Assembly: GCA_012295275.1 (NCBI GenBank)
Contig: CM022671.1
Location: 1,054,001-1,118,000 of the forward strand
Length of the DNA stretch: 64,000 bases
Direction of reading: 5' to 3'
Origin: Chrysomallon squamiferum
Taxonomy: Eukaryota; Animalia; Mollusca
Made by a program: the position numbers and the translations under genes. Below, one piece after another: positions 1 to 19,500 of this stretch (position 1 is the stretch's first letter; every line of letters begins with the position of its first letter). The notes beneath the pieces were generated by a model. It did not search any database. It saw only the letters and a list, made by a program, of their open reading frames with translations, and was not told the DNA's origin.

Positions 1-240
1 AAAATACACTAAAAGATCTAATTCATTTCCTAAAATTATTATTATTATTTAATGTAATAGTTTCTACTGTCATACATATATATTTTTATATATGTAAAAC
101 TGAAGAAGAAGAAATATGATAATAACAGTAGTAACATAATAGGTAAATAAAAACAAAATAATAAATTAAAGAGGACAAATTTATATTTATTCTTAAAAGT
201 AGGTTTTTCAAAAACAGAACAACAGGAAGTATGAAGAGTT

Positions 241-379
241 CGGTTACAATTTCAGGTGAGATCAACAACATTGAATATTTTGTTATTAATAAGTATATTA
301 CAATGTTATAAAAAGGTCAGTTACAATTTCAGGTGAGGTTAATAGAACAGAATATCTTGATATTAGAAATGTATTACAA
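241..379. repeat. Diverged 2-copy tandem duplication (period about 77 bp)
   Basis: gttacaatttcaggtgag...gaatat...tattacaa occurs at ~243 and ~320. Confidence 0.75.
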
Positions 380-403
380 AACGGCGCCAGACACTGAACA
401 AAC

Positions 404-514
404 CTCGTGATACAGACGCTTTGACTTGCGTACTTCGGATTTGTCATCTGCAGCATTCTGGGGTGGCTGCAAATCTTTCTCCTCCTGTACCTCTTTCTTC
501 TTCTCTACAGGTTT
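404..514 (-). CDS. KDM5: KDM5 coding exon 6 (charged linker after ARID)
   Basis: ttttcag|AAACCT...GAG|gtttgt; 111 nt; [37 protein letters not shown]; GC-elevated island in AT-rich intron. Confidence 0.8.
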
Positions 515-2368
515 CTGAAAATTAAAATATTTATAAATTAGCTTATTTTATTCCGAATGAAACTAAAAATATATTTAAAAAAATAAAAATAATAAAATTT
601 TCTTTTTTTGCCAGATTTTTTTTTTTCTCGATTTGATGACAGAAATGAAGATATAATAAAAAGTCAAAAATCAATAAAATAAAATGAAAAAATCCCCAAA
701 AAACAAAAACTTGTTTACATAAAATATTTAGGTTTTTTTGTTGTTTTTTCTGCAAACAAATGTAACTAATTTTGTATTATTCAAATATATTGACAGTGAT
801 GATATTAAGTATGTAGCAGTAAGCAGATTTAACAGGATTTTTTTATAAATTGTAGATATATATTTTGTGGTTGAATTTTTTTTTTCTATAACCCAAACCA
901 TTTATATTTATCACGGTGTCAGTTTAACATCAGTAATGGCTGCCCATAACCTATTTTCAGCTGCTACTTTAATATTAATGACACTATTGAAAAAAATAAA
1001 AAAAATATTACTATCAAATTTAACTGAATTTGTTTTCATTTTTGTCCAAACTGTTTAATTGTTTAATGTTTTTTTTGCTTAAAATATAAATCATAATCAA
1101 TTCTTTTGCATAAAATATACAACAAAATTATACAATGTTTTTATTCCTGCCCATATTATTTTACTATTTAACAGTAACTCTTTATTAATAATACAATAAA
1201 TTAACTGTAATTATGTATAAACAAGTTGATAAAAATTTTACCCACATAAAATATAGTCTGGTAATATAGAAATTTTATTATCTTTTATACAAATTATTTA
1301 TGTAATTTAGATTTAACTTGAAAATGACAGAATTACAAATTTACAAGATGTAGCTTTATAATACTGAAATAAATATATTATTTTTTAATTTTCTGTAAAA
1401 TAATTGTAACATTCAATTCTAAATATATACCATGTATAACATCTGATGCTATATTAACAAATGTAATTACCCCATGCAACAGTTATGATCATCAGACATT
1501 TATGCATTCTATATATATAATGTTAATATTTAATGTTAGTCTTATTTTTAACGCAAATTTTATACATTATAAATATAATAAACTGTATAAAATACAAATG
1601 AGAAAACCTGATAATCCCTTCAAAGCCAAAGTAACAAAGAATTTATCATTAAATATAAAATTATATTTCTTTTTATTAAAATTAAAATATATCACTTAAA
1701 AATCTTAAAATACTGAATTATTATTATTTTTTATGTTGAATTTAAAGGCAAAAAAAAAAAAATAAAAAAAAATAAAAAATAAATAATGTTTTTGCCTCTA
1801 TTAAAACTCCATTACTGGTAAGCAAATATTAACTTCTTTTATTAATCTGTAAATAACAGAAGAGAATAGCCAGGGATTGCTGTCAACAGAAATTCTGGTG
1901 CATAAAACAATCTGTTATACAGACAAATAAATTAAAATTAAAATGAAATAGTATCTACCTGATCCTAACAAATCCTCACAAAAATTACAAAAATATATCT
2001 ATAACCTGAATTAACAACAGCAGATGAATGCAGAGTTTAATGATATATCAGAGATAAATGAACAACGGTAAGTAACATTTCCTCACAAAACTCACTGAGA
2101 AAGGGACATTATACTGTTCAGTTAAAAAACTGTACATCTTAAAAGTAGTGAAAGACTCACATGGCATATAAACAATGTCTAAATACTTGTTATGCTCCTT
2201 TGGAATGGGGTTTTTTAATATTTGGCTTTCAGTCATTATGAATAATTGTGAATGACAAAACAATCAGCATAAGAAAATGATGTAAGATTACTGTTATTCA
2301 ATGAAACAATTTTTTGGCACAGAAGGAATTTACAAGCTGAAAATGAAAAAACACCAATAAAATAATTA

Positions 2369-2410
<42 letters not shown>

Positions 2411-5203
2411 CGTTAGCTATGTTTTTAAGTTAGTGCACATTACATTCTGCTAGAGTATGTGCTTTATAGTACATACCCTAATTAAGTATTCACCAGAATC
2501 CCATTCAGTGTCTGGTCCATGCTGAAGCGTAAATTTTTTTGAATTATGTTGTGGTTGGGTTTTTTCAGAAATGAAATAATAAAACATCTTATGTTATCAA
2601 GTACTATGGCCTCAACAAACACATCTAAGCATACATTCAGAAAATATTTACAGAACTTATTTACAGAATATTTATACTGATAAATTTCTACAAGAAAGGA
2701 GAGATAGTTTTAAATGTTTTAAAAATGAATAAATTTTTGATATTTGCCAAAATGCTTTAGAAACAATTTTTCACAAATGATCCTTAAACTAAATCACTAA
2801 ATTATATAAAATATTATTGATATTTGTGTAATGGCAGCAGGTCTTAAAAATATATAAATGATCCGTTTACGAAATTAAATGCTGTTATTTCTAATATGAA
2901 TTTAATATCATCTAGACATAGTTTATTGCCAGTATCAATATTTATCTAAAAATATGTGCAAGACCAATTTCTATCTTCAATAAATGCAAAAATACATAAT
3001 TTCCTAAACATTTTCTACATAGTATATCTGCCTAAAAAGGACATCTATCCAAGCACAGTTTTAATATGCAATGAACGAAAGTAAAAAGCATTAACAATAC
3101 ACCAATGCAAAGACTGACTGTTCACTGAAAACTCATAAAAACATCAGCTGAAATGTATTATCAATAAGTTAGTGCAAACATCACTTAATGTGGGTATGCC
3201 CTTAATAGTACATACCCTAAATCCGAATTCAGATTTCCAATCAAACTGAGTGCCATCCTGAAGTATAAAAATACATGTATGTTTTGTTTTTCATTTTATT
3301 TTATTATTATTTTTTTAATACTAGTCTGTATGTACAGCACAAAAAATTTAAAATATGAACTTATCTTAATCTGTGTTTCATCAACATACATGCATTATCA
3401 TATATACAGATATTTTGTGTAACAATATATTTTTTAAAAATACAAATCATGGCAGATGATTATTGAATTTTTCTTTCACTAAAATGGTTATATGACAGTA
3501 CTTTTTCTTTTTCTTAAAATTAGAATTTATTTCTCTCAATTTTATTTCCCACTTAGTAAATGAACAATTAACATTTTATTACTGTCATTTCACCATTTTA
3601 ATTTATAACAAAAATAATATTCATCCCTTTTTTATGTACAGTATCTAAAAAAACAACACAACACATATATTCAGAAGGACTTTATTTGTTGGCATTAGCT
3701 GAAACAAACACTGACAGATATGTTCTCAATATTTTCATCTTGATCAAGTGAAAACATGTAATTCAAATCACAAATTACCCAACACTTTATTTAAATTTAA
3801 TTCTAAACCTCCTTTAAAAAAATTAATATCGTAAAAATTCAGTCTGTAAGATTTATTTTAAATTTAAAAAAGAATTAATTAATTATTAGAAGTTACTTCT
3901 TGCCATCAGTTAAAAAATGGTATACCTGATTTTTGCTTTCTCCTCTCTTCTTGAAGATGTAAAACGGGTAGAGAATCTTCTCATAGTGCTGTCGCAGTGC
4001 TGACCCAACACACCGGCCTGGGGGAAAACCGAGGCGCTGGGCTATCTTTGACCACTTCCTTTCTTTCGACACCTCCTCCATCCCACCCTCCTCGTCCACC
4101 ATCTGAAGTACAACAAAGTAACAATGTTCCAGGTTTTATATTAATTAAGCAAAATATAAGTAATTAACTGTACATTTTGTGAACATAGATTAGTAGCAAG
4201 TACATCTACCATTTCAGCAAAAAAAGGTTCTCTCTACTAAACATGTATTTTTTTATTTTTTTTTATAAATACCTGGTAATTTTGCTTATTTCCTTAACAA
4301 TTAACTTAACTGGCTACTTAACACTATGTTACTACTAGTGATATTCATCTAAAAAAAAAAACGTACATTTTTATCATCTTCAACCACATGGGGATATAAG
4401 CTATAATGCACAAATATTTAATACCATAGTATTACTCAACAAGCAAAATTAGTATACATATAAAAATAACTTCTCCAGGAAGGTTGATAATCTACTCATT
4501 TTAATGTCCACATTTTACATCAAATATTTATTTAATATATGTATTAATTATGTAGGTAGAGACATTTTCAAATGTTTAATTTTTATTTTAAAAATTGGAA
4601 CACACAATAGATGAAATTTGTTTTCTTTATGAATTACCTTGTACAAAGTACACAAGTCCAGCAACTTTCTCTCCACATGAGGAATTCTCAAAGTACATCC
4701 CTGCAAGAAACAAGTGAATATCAATAATCTTAGTAAGCATGTTGCATGCACAAGTAATGTCCAGTGTCCTAATAAATAAATTCATGCAAAAGACAAACTT
4801 TTAATCATGTTGGAATCTACAAAATTTTATATATATATATATATATAAAACATGCAAAGTATTAGTATCTTTGTGATTTTTTTGCCCCCCCCCCCAAATC
4901 TTCCACTAATCAATAAATCCAAGTCACGTTCAATGATGACATCATACAGATTTTTTTTTTTTAAAAAGCACCCTGCACATAAAGGACAAACCAGTCAAGG
5001 TCAAGGTCCCCCAAGTCAGGTTCTTGTCTGGACCAACCCTGGTGCCTGAAAAATCTATAGTGATCTTTGTCACGTACCATTCTGCTTACCACTGTCCTTG
5101 GAATCCCTATCACCAAAACTATGAATTAATCATTTTAAAGCCATCTTATTAAACAGACACTTATTTTATATTTGGAAAAGTTATTTATTAAATCTGAAGG
5201 TAT

Positions 5204-5235
<32 letters not shown>

Positions 5236-7196
5236 TATTTTTTAACAAATATCTTATTTACATATAACGTACCCTTACAAAAGCACTTTTACCAAAAAAA
5301 TATTCACAAAGTACAGACACAAGTCATAAAATAAAAATAATTTCATCTCATTCAGTTCAACTTACCTGAAGATCCCAAAACTTGTAGAGTGTATCCAAAA
5401 ACTGAAGTTTTATTCTTGACCCAGCCTGTTAAAAAAATAAAAATAAATAAACAATTCAATTTTTTTAATTATATATAATAACTATATGCATCAAGGAACT
5501 CCAAAGGATGAACAATTAGGATGACTAAAATTGTGACAATTAATTATTCTATTAATCCATTTATAAAAGGATGGTCTAATTTGAACAAGACAAGCAAGCT
5601 GATACACCTTCACTTAAATGTAAAAATACAGGAAGTCTTCATTTATTTGCCATGCCAGTATAGCTAAAAATAAGAAAGACACATTTTTCTGCAAAAATGT
5701 ATATATGATCAATTGAAAATTGCAAGAAAATGTTTTATTTTTAAAATTATGTGAAGGATTTTATCAAAAAAGCAATATGGAGGATGAAGGAACAAAATCC
5801 AACATGGCTGCCAGGTTACAACTTTGAAGCACATATATGTACAATACTGCAAGCCTACTTTATTCACTTCCTTCTTTACACAGATAAATCAATAGTTCAT
5901 CCATTTACTGATTCTAAAAAAATTCCATATTTCTGATCAAAAATATTATTTTAAATTTTTCTGAAATAAAAAATTAAAATTATTGATCATACTGTACCTC
6001 TAATTCATTTAATCTTTGAATTCTTGGAACAAACTTGAACTTTTCAACATCCACAGCAAAAGGTGGTTGCCAGTCCTAAAGATAATATGATTTTATACAT
6101 ATTTTCTTGTTTCATGTAAAAAAATATATATTTTTGATATTTTTCAGTAATTAATTTTTAATGTATAACAGATTGCATCATCTACCTTTTAAGCCAAATT
6201 GAAATATTTGATTAAAAAAATCAACAACTTCCAGTTTCAAAATTTTGAGACATCAGTTTTAATCTTATAATTTTTTTGAAATATATATTTTTAAAAAAGA
6301 AATCAAAATGAAAATATGTTTAATATTAACTCTGAAATCAAAACAATAAAAACTAATGAACAAAAGCCAATTAAATTTTTTTTTTATTTCATTCTTTGAA
6401 ACATTAATATAACATCAATATATTTTAAAAATCTGGTCAATATAAAAACCCAATGGATGTTATCAAAAATAAATAAAATTAAGAAAATTTATCATTTTAA
6501 AAAACTTCATATTTAATGAGTCAATAAAATTCCATTTGCATTATATATTATCAAATAAAGAAAGAAAAAATTAAAAAACTCAGAACATAAAGGACAAATT
6601 AATGATTCAAGGTCAATGGTTCCTCTAGTCAGGTTCTCTGCTGGTTCACCCACCCAGCCCTACAATGCTGTAATGCCTATGAGTATGAGCTTGAAAAATC
6701 TATTTTTTATATTTTTATAAAAATATCTTTATATAAATAATTTAAAAGTAATTTAATTATTAAGTTCACATGTTATTTTTTTTTATATGTTTTCTTTTAA
6801 AAAGTTGCATTAGTAAAATATTAATATTTATAAAAAGAAAAAAAAATAATTTTCCAGTATTGCTTCTTAAACAGTCCAAACAAAGCGTCGCCATGTCAAA
6901 TGTTAGAATATGCACGTACAATACGTGTTAACTTTCTTGATAAATAAAATGCATTATGTAAATGACAAAAGTATTAATAAATATTAAGTTTTAAAATATA
7001 TTACAATACAGTTTAAATTCAAGTTATAAAATGTTTTGATTCAAACCGGTGGTGGCTTTATTCTGCATATTCCACTTTTGATTGCAATGGGCTGTATCTT
7101 TTCAACGTAAGCCAAAGGATCTGCAAACTCCTCTTCTGTCGGAGTGAAAACCGGTGCCTCTGGAGGTGGCTCGAAGTGTTTGTATGGATCATCCAT
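404..7196 (-). CDS. KDM5: KDM5/JARID1/lid family H3K4 demethylase, 5' portion (gene span of 6 constitutive coding exons; continues beyond position 1)
   Basis: Spliced translation [50 protein letters not shown]|[26 protein letters not shown]|[20 protein letters not shown]|[21 protein letters not shown]|MVDEEGG...HYEKILYPF = JmjN followed by ARID, the KDM5 N-terminal signature. All introns GT-AG, phase 0. Confidence 0.96.
2477..2521 (-). CDS. KDM5: Candidate KDM5 cassette microexon B (45 nt, [15 protein letters not shown])
   Basis: cgcttcag|CATGGA...ATTAGG|gtatgt; phase 0-0; no stop; differs in length from microexon A by a frame-preserving 3 nt. Confidence 0.68.
3216..3257 (-). CDS. KDM5: Candidate KDM5 cassette microexon A (42 nt, [14 protein letters not shown])
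   Basis: tacttcag|GATGGC...TTTAGG|gtatgt; phase 0-0 like flanking exons; no stop; paralogous to 2477-2521. Confidence 0.68.
3926..4102 (-). CDS. KDM5: KDM5 coding exon 5 (ARID C-terminal half)
   Basis: ttcag|...CAG|gtatac; 177 nt; [23 protein letters not shown]...[12 protein letters not shown]. Confidence 0.93.
4638..4700 (-). CDS. KDM5: KDM5 coding exon 4 (ARID)
   Basis: ttgcag|...AAG|gtaatt; 63 nt; [21 protein letters not shown]. Confidence 0.93.
4977..5057. repeat. Dispersed element copy 1 (KDM5 intron 3)
   Basis: acataaaggacaaa...tcaaggtcaa...agtcaggttct...tgaaaaatcta shared with 6585-6702. Confidence 0.7.
5366..5425 (-). CDS. KDM5: KDM5 coding exon 3 (ARID start)
   Basis: aacag|...CAG|gtaag; 60 nt; [20 protein letters not shown]. 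Confidence 0.93.
5998..6075 (-). CDS. KDM5: KDM5 coding exon 2
   Basis: tttag|...GAG|gtacag; 78 nt; [26 protein letters not shown]. Confidence 0.95.
6585..6702. repeat. Dispersed element copy 2 (KDM5 intron 1)
   Basis: Same ordered blocks as 4977-5057. Confidence 0.7.
7047..7196 (-). CDS. KDM5: KDM5 coding exon 1 (JmjN)
   Basis: ATG at 7196; 150 nt; [19 protein letters not shown]...GICRIKPP; donor CCG|gtttga. Confidence 0.95.
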
Positions 7197-7713
7197 CGTT
7201 ACCGGACAGACACAACAGAAGCTTCCGAAAAGTTAAATACAATTTACAATCCCAACTTCACAAGAATGTAATTTTCACATAAAATCCAAGGAAAACATCA
7301 TGTCCAAAACAGTGCCTAACAGCAAACCAAATCTTATATAAATACGCAAGAAGTAGATCGACATATTATACTCATTACCACTATTCAGTTAAATTTGTTT
7401 TAGAAAGCACTATTTTATGATAAATATCACAAATCAAATACACGAATCATGCATTTTTATTATCAAATGACCATAATAAAAGTAAAATCTACGAATATGT
7501 GTAATTGTGCGTAGTAATATATCGATTAGTGAGGTCAGGGAAATGTCATTCGCACAGAAACTGTTTATAAACAAACAGTAAATTAAAATATTTTGCTTAA
7601 AATTTTTATTTTATTTTTTTAAACATCACTAAGGCTGTCATGAGCATATTTATAAAAAATTTAATTTTCCAAGATCTTGTTATTCCGTAGTTTGTTTATA
7701 TCGGAACTTCAAA
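7197..7713. promoter_or_regulatory. Bidirectional promoter/5'UTR region shared by KDM5 and CCDC77
   Basis: Divergent ATGs only 517 bp apart. Local CpG enrichment (~6880-8100) against a depleted background. YY1/TISU-like caaaATGGCG overlapping the CCDC77 start. DRE-like tatcgatt near 7520. Confidence 0.8.
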
Positions 7714-15378
<7,665 letters not shown>

Positions 15379-16538
15379 TTTCCTCACGTGGTCTCTATTG
15401 ATAGTTATTCTACCAGTGGTATTGATTTTTAAAATGTTTCACCATTATATAAATTCTGCCCATGTCAAAAATAACTATGAAATCAAATCAAGACCTATGA
15501 CCAAACCGACTGTGATATTGATTTAGATGCCAAAGGCCAACAGATTACCTATTCAACTGCTGAAACGAGTATTATAGTATTACTAAACACTGCATTGTGC
15601 TTAATAGCTTCTATACTTCCATATTTGGAAATGAAGTATTGTAGATAAGTTGTAGTTAGTCAAAGAATGATATTTCAGTAGACATTTCTTTATGTTGAAT
15701 GGCCAATGGTTTTATGTATTTATGTTGAAATTAGGTTTTTACATTAATCTTCAAAATGAAACCCAGCTTGATATCATTTTTTTTATAAAAACCTATTTTG
15801 CATATTCTGCAGCTTATTTTTTTTTTTTTAATATTTCAGTGAAATTATTTTAATTTTCCATATATATATTTTGTTTTACATATAATAAATTGTTGTGATA
15901 AAATATTTTCATCATTGCAAAAGAGTTTTGTCTATATGCTACACACTATATTTTCATTTCTATTGATTTAACTAAGAAGTATGGATGAAAAAAGATCCTT
16001 TTAAAACTGGCTCTGAATAAAGAAAATATTTTTGTTTTTAAAGTTTGTTTGGTTTAGTCTTTCTTTTGTGTGTCATTTGTTAATAAATGTTAAATGTTTT
16101 AGAATAATGAACTATTATTTTCAATACCTTTTTGTGCATCTTTAAATTAGTTTTTTTAAAGTTTGTAATTAACTGGAACTTGAAGACTCTTGCTGTGTGT
16201 CCCTTTGTGTATTTGTGAAGGTGGATAATAATAATAATAAAATTCTCTCTAGTAAACATTTTACTTCAAACAGTTCTCTGGAATCAGCAAACTTGTTTTT
16301 TATTTTGTCAGTTTCCACACCAAATTTTCAATATTGTAACCAATTTATACATTTACCTGAAATTTGTAGTTATTTTCAATTAGCAGAACTCATGTTTTTG
16401 CAATATGTTTTGTAGAAGTCAGTTTTAAAAATTTCTTTCAACCTTTTTTTTTTTTTAGTATTTTTCTTTTCTCATCTATTAATTTAACCATCACAGGCTA
16501 ACAACAAACAACATAAGACAAGCAAGCATATTTTATAT

Positions 16539-16544
16539 TTTAAT
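16539..16544 (-). terminator. Candidate distal poly(A) signal of IQSEC (ATTAAA followed by a GU-rich element)
   Basis: Minus strand: ccaaATTAAAatataaaatatgcttgcttgtcttatgttgtttgttgtt. Confidence 0.4.
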
Positions 16545-19500
16545 TTGGCAAATCTGTGAGAATGAAAACAATACCCATGTCATGGGTCAGACTTGTCTCC
16601 CTGTTCGAGAGTATGTACAAAACAGTGCCACATTCCTGTACAGTCACCTGTAGTATCTGCTGGGAGAAGTGCCGAACTAATACTTTACTTATCTCTTGTA
16701 CTTTCTGTCATGTATTTTATCAAGTGTTTGTGTGTGCCTGTGTGTTTGCGACTAAATGTATATTAACAAATTACTGAAGCTGATAAATCAATTATATCTA
16801 TAAATTAAAAAAACAAAAATACAAATGTCCAATAGTTTACTGAAAACTAAAAATCTATTACTAATTAAGTATTCATTTTTAAATTTTTTTAAATTATATT
16901 TTTAATTTTATTTCATTTTCTGGAATGTTTAGTTAAATGAAACTAACAGAACACAATGAAACCAAATTTAACTATTAATACAACTTAATAGTTCTGCACA
17001 CACTTTAGTGTTTACTGTAATTATATAACAAAATATTATTTTTTTTTTTAACTTCATAATTAATTTTGCACAAAATATTCACAGGTTATAAAGAATTTAT
17101 AAAATCTTGAAAAAAGATTAGCACTGGAAAAATAGTAACAGTAACATTAATATTAGAATAATCTCCCTTGTACTCATACTCTACACTGGCAACTGCAATA
17201 AATGTTAGCTTTATCAAAAAACATTCTATACTTTAATAAACAGAATACTCCTAGAATGAAATAGACAAAATAATAATAATAATAATAATAAAATGCATAA
17301 ATGGGCAAAAAGCTGTATATATTGTGAATGAACCAAATGTACAAAACCAAGTTGTGGTTAGATGAAGTGACAAATATATTCCTACATTCACATCATCAAT
17401 ATTTTATAATTTTGTACAACTAGTTATTTATCCATGTACAGTCTTTCACATTCATTTCAGTTAAATACATACACACACTTACACACTAAGTTTTTGATGT
17501 TAAGCATATTTTGGAGGAAAAAATGTGATCTATTTTGTTTTGGTCTTGTTTTTGTTTCAGTTGTATACAAATTAATTTGTTTTCAGTCTATTTGAAATTA
17601 TGTAAATTAAAATGTTTAAACTATTGCATATGTAACAAAAGGTAAAGCAGTAAAGTTTGAATTTGCATTCACACAAAATACTTATAAAATTCTTCACCAA
17701 AAATAAAAAAAAATAAAAAAATAATAATATAAAAGATTATATTACAAGCTCCATCAATAAACTTGAGAAAATCGGTATTTAAATAATATCATTTTCAATA
17801 ACAGTTATTTCCTTACATCATTGTATCTTCATGGGGAAAACAAATCAAATCATCCTTAAATGTATTTTAATGTCATGAATTCATAAAAGTTACTTAACAG
17901 TAAAAGCAAGAAAAAATGATTTTCAGATTTAGAAAACAGTAACTATATGCAAGATCTGTGAAAACAGATTAAAACTTCTGCATCACTGAATCCCAAAAAA
18001 TAAATTTTAAATTAGATTATCACTTGATAAATGAAAAATCTTTATTTTTGATTAGCCTTCCTGTAAAGCTCAGTTATATAAACACGTGGGTTCTGCAACA
18101 GTCTTCAGCAACAAAAGTGATGTGATCTGGATTTTGAAATGCATGTTGGCACATTTATCAGGATTAATAAGTTTGGATTAAAATACATTTAAACTAAATT
18201 TTTGGATGTTTATAAAAAAAATGTTAAGTAACATGAAATACACATAAATTTAATAATAATAATAACAATAAAAAAGGGAAATATATATTTATTAAATCTC
18301 TATCTCTGTTAAAGCAAATTAATGAATTAACTATTTTTAAGAAGGATTTCATAAAATTATTGTGAAGGAAGTTATTTACAAATGACAGAAAATATTAATT
18401 TCATTTTGAAGATATCACAAATGGAATTATTTTTAAAAAGAAACCAATTTGATTACAGTTTGTTTTTTCTTTGGGGCGAATGGGCAGTTACAACATTTCC
18501 AAAATGATTAAGCTCAGGACATTTCCAGTTTGTTCTAATGTAAAAGGAAAACAAACTGAATCTTATTTAAACAGATTGATTTTGCTCAAAATTGTTGCAT
18601 TTATTTCAAAAAGCAAATTCTGGATGCATATTTATGATTAAATTAATGATATTCAGATTTCTTCTTTTAAAGCACAAAATATGATTTTAATGACAAAAAA
18701 AAATAATTAAGAAGTCAATTGTATAGTATTATTTTTGATTCCTCCCCCTTTATGAAGAACACACAATAAATCATCATAATTATTTATAAAAACTAAATGT
18801 GTTTCTTGTGAACTGAAATGAAAATGAAAAACAAATAATAACCATATTGAAATGAATTAAATATGATGTTATGTAAATATACTGTGACATTATGAAAAGT
18901 GATTTTCACAGATCATGTTTTTTTGTTTTTTTTTGTTTGTTTTTTTCTGTTTTTAAAACAGGTATCTGATGTTTCAAAAAAAATCTCCCCAAAACCTGTC
19001 TTATTTTAAATGCTTTTTTCCTAATACTGGAGCAGCTAATGAACACTTCTAAATCCTATGTGAAATATGCTTAACATTAATATGGATTTGTGTTTGAACT
19101 TTGAACATTTGTTCACAACAATGTAATATTTCATATGATTATTTTATCCAAAATTAAATTGTAAATAATTTCCAATCACATCCAAATCTAAATTCTGTTA
19201 ACTATTTGCATTTTCATTCAGTCTACACTGAACATTTGTTAATGTTCATTAATGCAACAAAAAACATTTACAGTTAAGCAAAATACAAAAACTTAAAAAA
19301 TAAATAAATAAATAATAACAATAATAATGAAAGTGGAGTAACTTCAGAAACATGTAGAAATGTACAAAGTTAGAAATCCTGGCTAAATATCCAGGGAAGA
19401 AAAACTGTTTGCATAAATTATTCGTCCTTTGACTTGAAATCAACACACAAGAAAAGACTTGCTAAATACACAGATTGGTAACTGATCAGGGAGTCCATCA

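Noticed and set aside
243-337. tttcag|gtgag repeated twice, resembling recursive splice sites
   Set aside because: It lies on the plus strand, antisense to KDM5; explained by a simple tandem duplication.
2429-3260. Paired hairpin elements as intronic H/ACA or C/D snoRNAs
   Set aside because: No H box plus terminal ACA, and no C/D boxes, shared by both copies. Splice sites and codon-preserving divergence explain them better as exons.
4933-5049. ATGATGA...CTGA C/D-box-like pair
   Set aside because: Antisense to the host gene, interrupted by poly-T, and no terminal stem.
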